A DNA stretch of 24,842 nucleotides, taken from Tubiluchus corallicola. Taxonomy: Eukaryota > Animalia > Priapulida. The stretch covers positions 1-24,842 of the forward strand of contig JAQGDQ010001804.1 in assembly GCA_030141605.1 (NCBI GenBank). The letters run 5' to 3'. Position numbers and translations under genes: made by a program. Below the pieces are notes generated by a model. That model saw nothing but the letters and a program-made list of their open reading frames with translations. It did no database searches and was not told where the DNA came from. Of this stretch, positions 23,999 through 24,842 are shown piece by piece; position 1 is the stretch's first letter, and the number at the start of each line of letters is the position of its first letter.

Positions 23999-24547
23999 AG
24001 GGAAACCAGACGATTGTTTAGACTCAATCTCGTGTTAAATGGCCGTCCAAAGTATAAATTTTCTTGCCTATAAAAGTTAGCAGTTATTTTTTATATTTGA
24101 ATAACTAGCTTAGAAAGTTATTTAACTGCAAAACTGAACACAGCTATTGCTTACGTCAGAAACTAACCACAGTTTGTGTAATAACAGGAATCTTCCGTTG
24201 CGTGTCAAGTACATTTGTGTAAGTGTTACAGTACTGCTTAAACGCATGATGTCACTAAAATGGGCTCTATGTCATATGACATCAGAAACTAACACTGCAG
24301 TTCATGATCATGGTCATCACGGTACCACGTTCTATTTGTCGGCCACACGAACGTGACAAAAAGGCGCCGCTGCCAATCTTAGTAGATTCAATGAGCAGCG
24401 CGTAGCTTTGAAAGTTTAACAAAATTTGAGTATCTGAGGTAATTATTATTTAATCTAAGCTTTGATTTAAAAAAGCTGTTGTAGTTTTCAATATTTTAGA
24501 GCATTCTTTATTCTGAACTCGTGTTTACACAATCGTCCGGTTTTCCT
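23999..24547 (-). mobile_element. Kolobok-like MITE, copy 4 (mirror of copy 3)
   Basis: Same flanks as copy 3 in reverse complement; TTAA at 23995-23998 and 24548-24551. Confidence 0.88.
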
Positions 24548-24842
24548 TTAATTTGGAGAATCAGTTTCAGTATCAGTGGTACTCTGTGCTGCTATGTACC
24601 TAGCGGATGTTTTGTGTCATTTAATAATCATTCTTGGTCATTGTGGAGAGGAGCCACTGTAGCAGGTGACCGCTGGTGTTGTGAACGTGCATATGTAGCA
24701 GGTGACCGCTGGTGTTGTGAACGTGCATATGTAGCAGGTGACCGCTGGTGTTGTGAACGTGCATATGTAGCAGGTGACCGCTGGTGTTGTGAACGTGCAT
24801 ATGTAACAGGTGACCGCTGGTGTTGTGAACGTGCATATGTAG

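Larger units (their letters stand above)
22449..24842. repeat. Long inverted duplication: arms 22449-23539 and 23752-24842, 212-bp spacer
   Basis: Manual alignment is colinear (paired coordinates sum to 47291) over 1091 bp to the window end. Confidence 0.97.

Noticed and set aside
23752-24842. Simple fold-back read artefact as the cause of the inverted repeat
   Set aside because: A fold-back would give identical arms, but they differ by about 9 percent in the MITE; a haplotype mis-join remains possible.

Overview
AT-rich, intron-rich animal genomic DNA (invertebrate-like; species not determinable here), not prokaryotic. Three spliced genes can be reconstructed by hand: the 5' part of IFT56/TTC26 (minus strand, leaving the window on the left), a probably complete NAA38/LSMD1 (plus strand, head-to-head with IFT56) and the 3' three coding exons of a GRB2/Drk adaptor (minus strand; N-terminal SH3 exons not in the window). 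Introns and intergenic DNA carry hAT, Kolobok-like and Tc1/pogo MITEs, RTE and CR1 remnants, a tRNA-derived SINE, a 5S-rRNA-headed SINE and several mini/microsatellites. The most striking structure is an inverted duplication with arms of at least 1091 bp (22449-23539 / 23752-24842, running off the window end) that holds a second, splice-intact, antisense copy of the 123-nt GRB2 SH2 exon, with very uneven divergence along the arms; an assembly haplotype mis-join is not excluded. Other notable items are the SINE3-type element, a Gypsy GPY/F ORF that is restored when a hAT MITE is removed, a minisatellite born from a transposon end, and two alternative ATG|GT start exons in IFT56. All family assignments rest on recalled motifs, not database searches.
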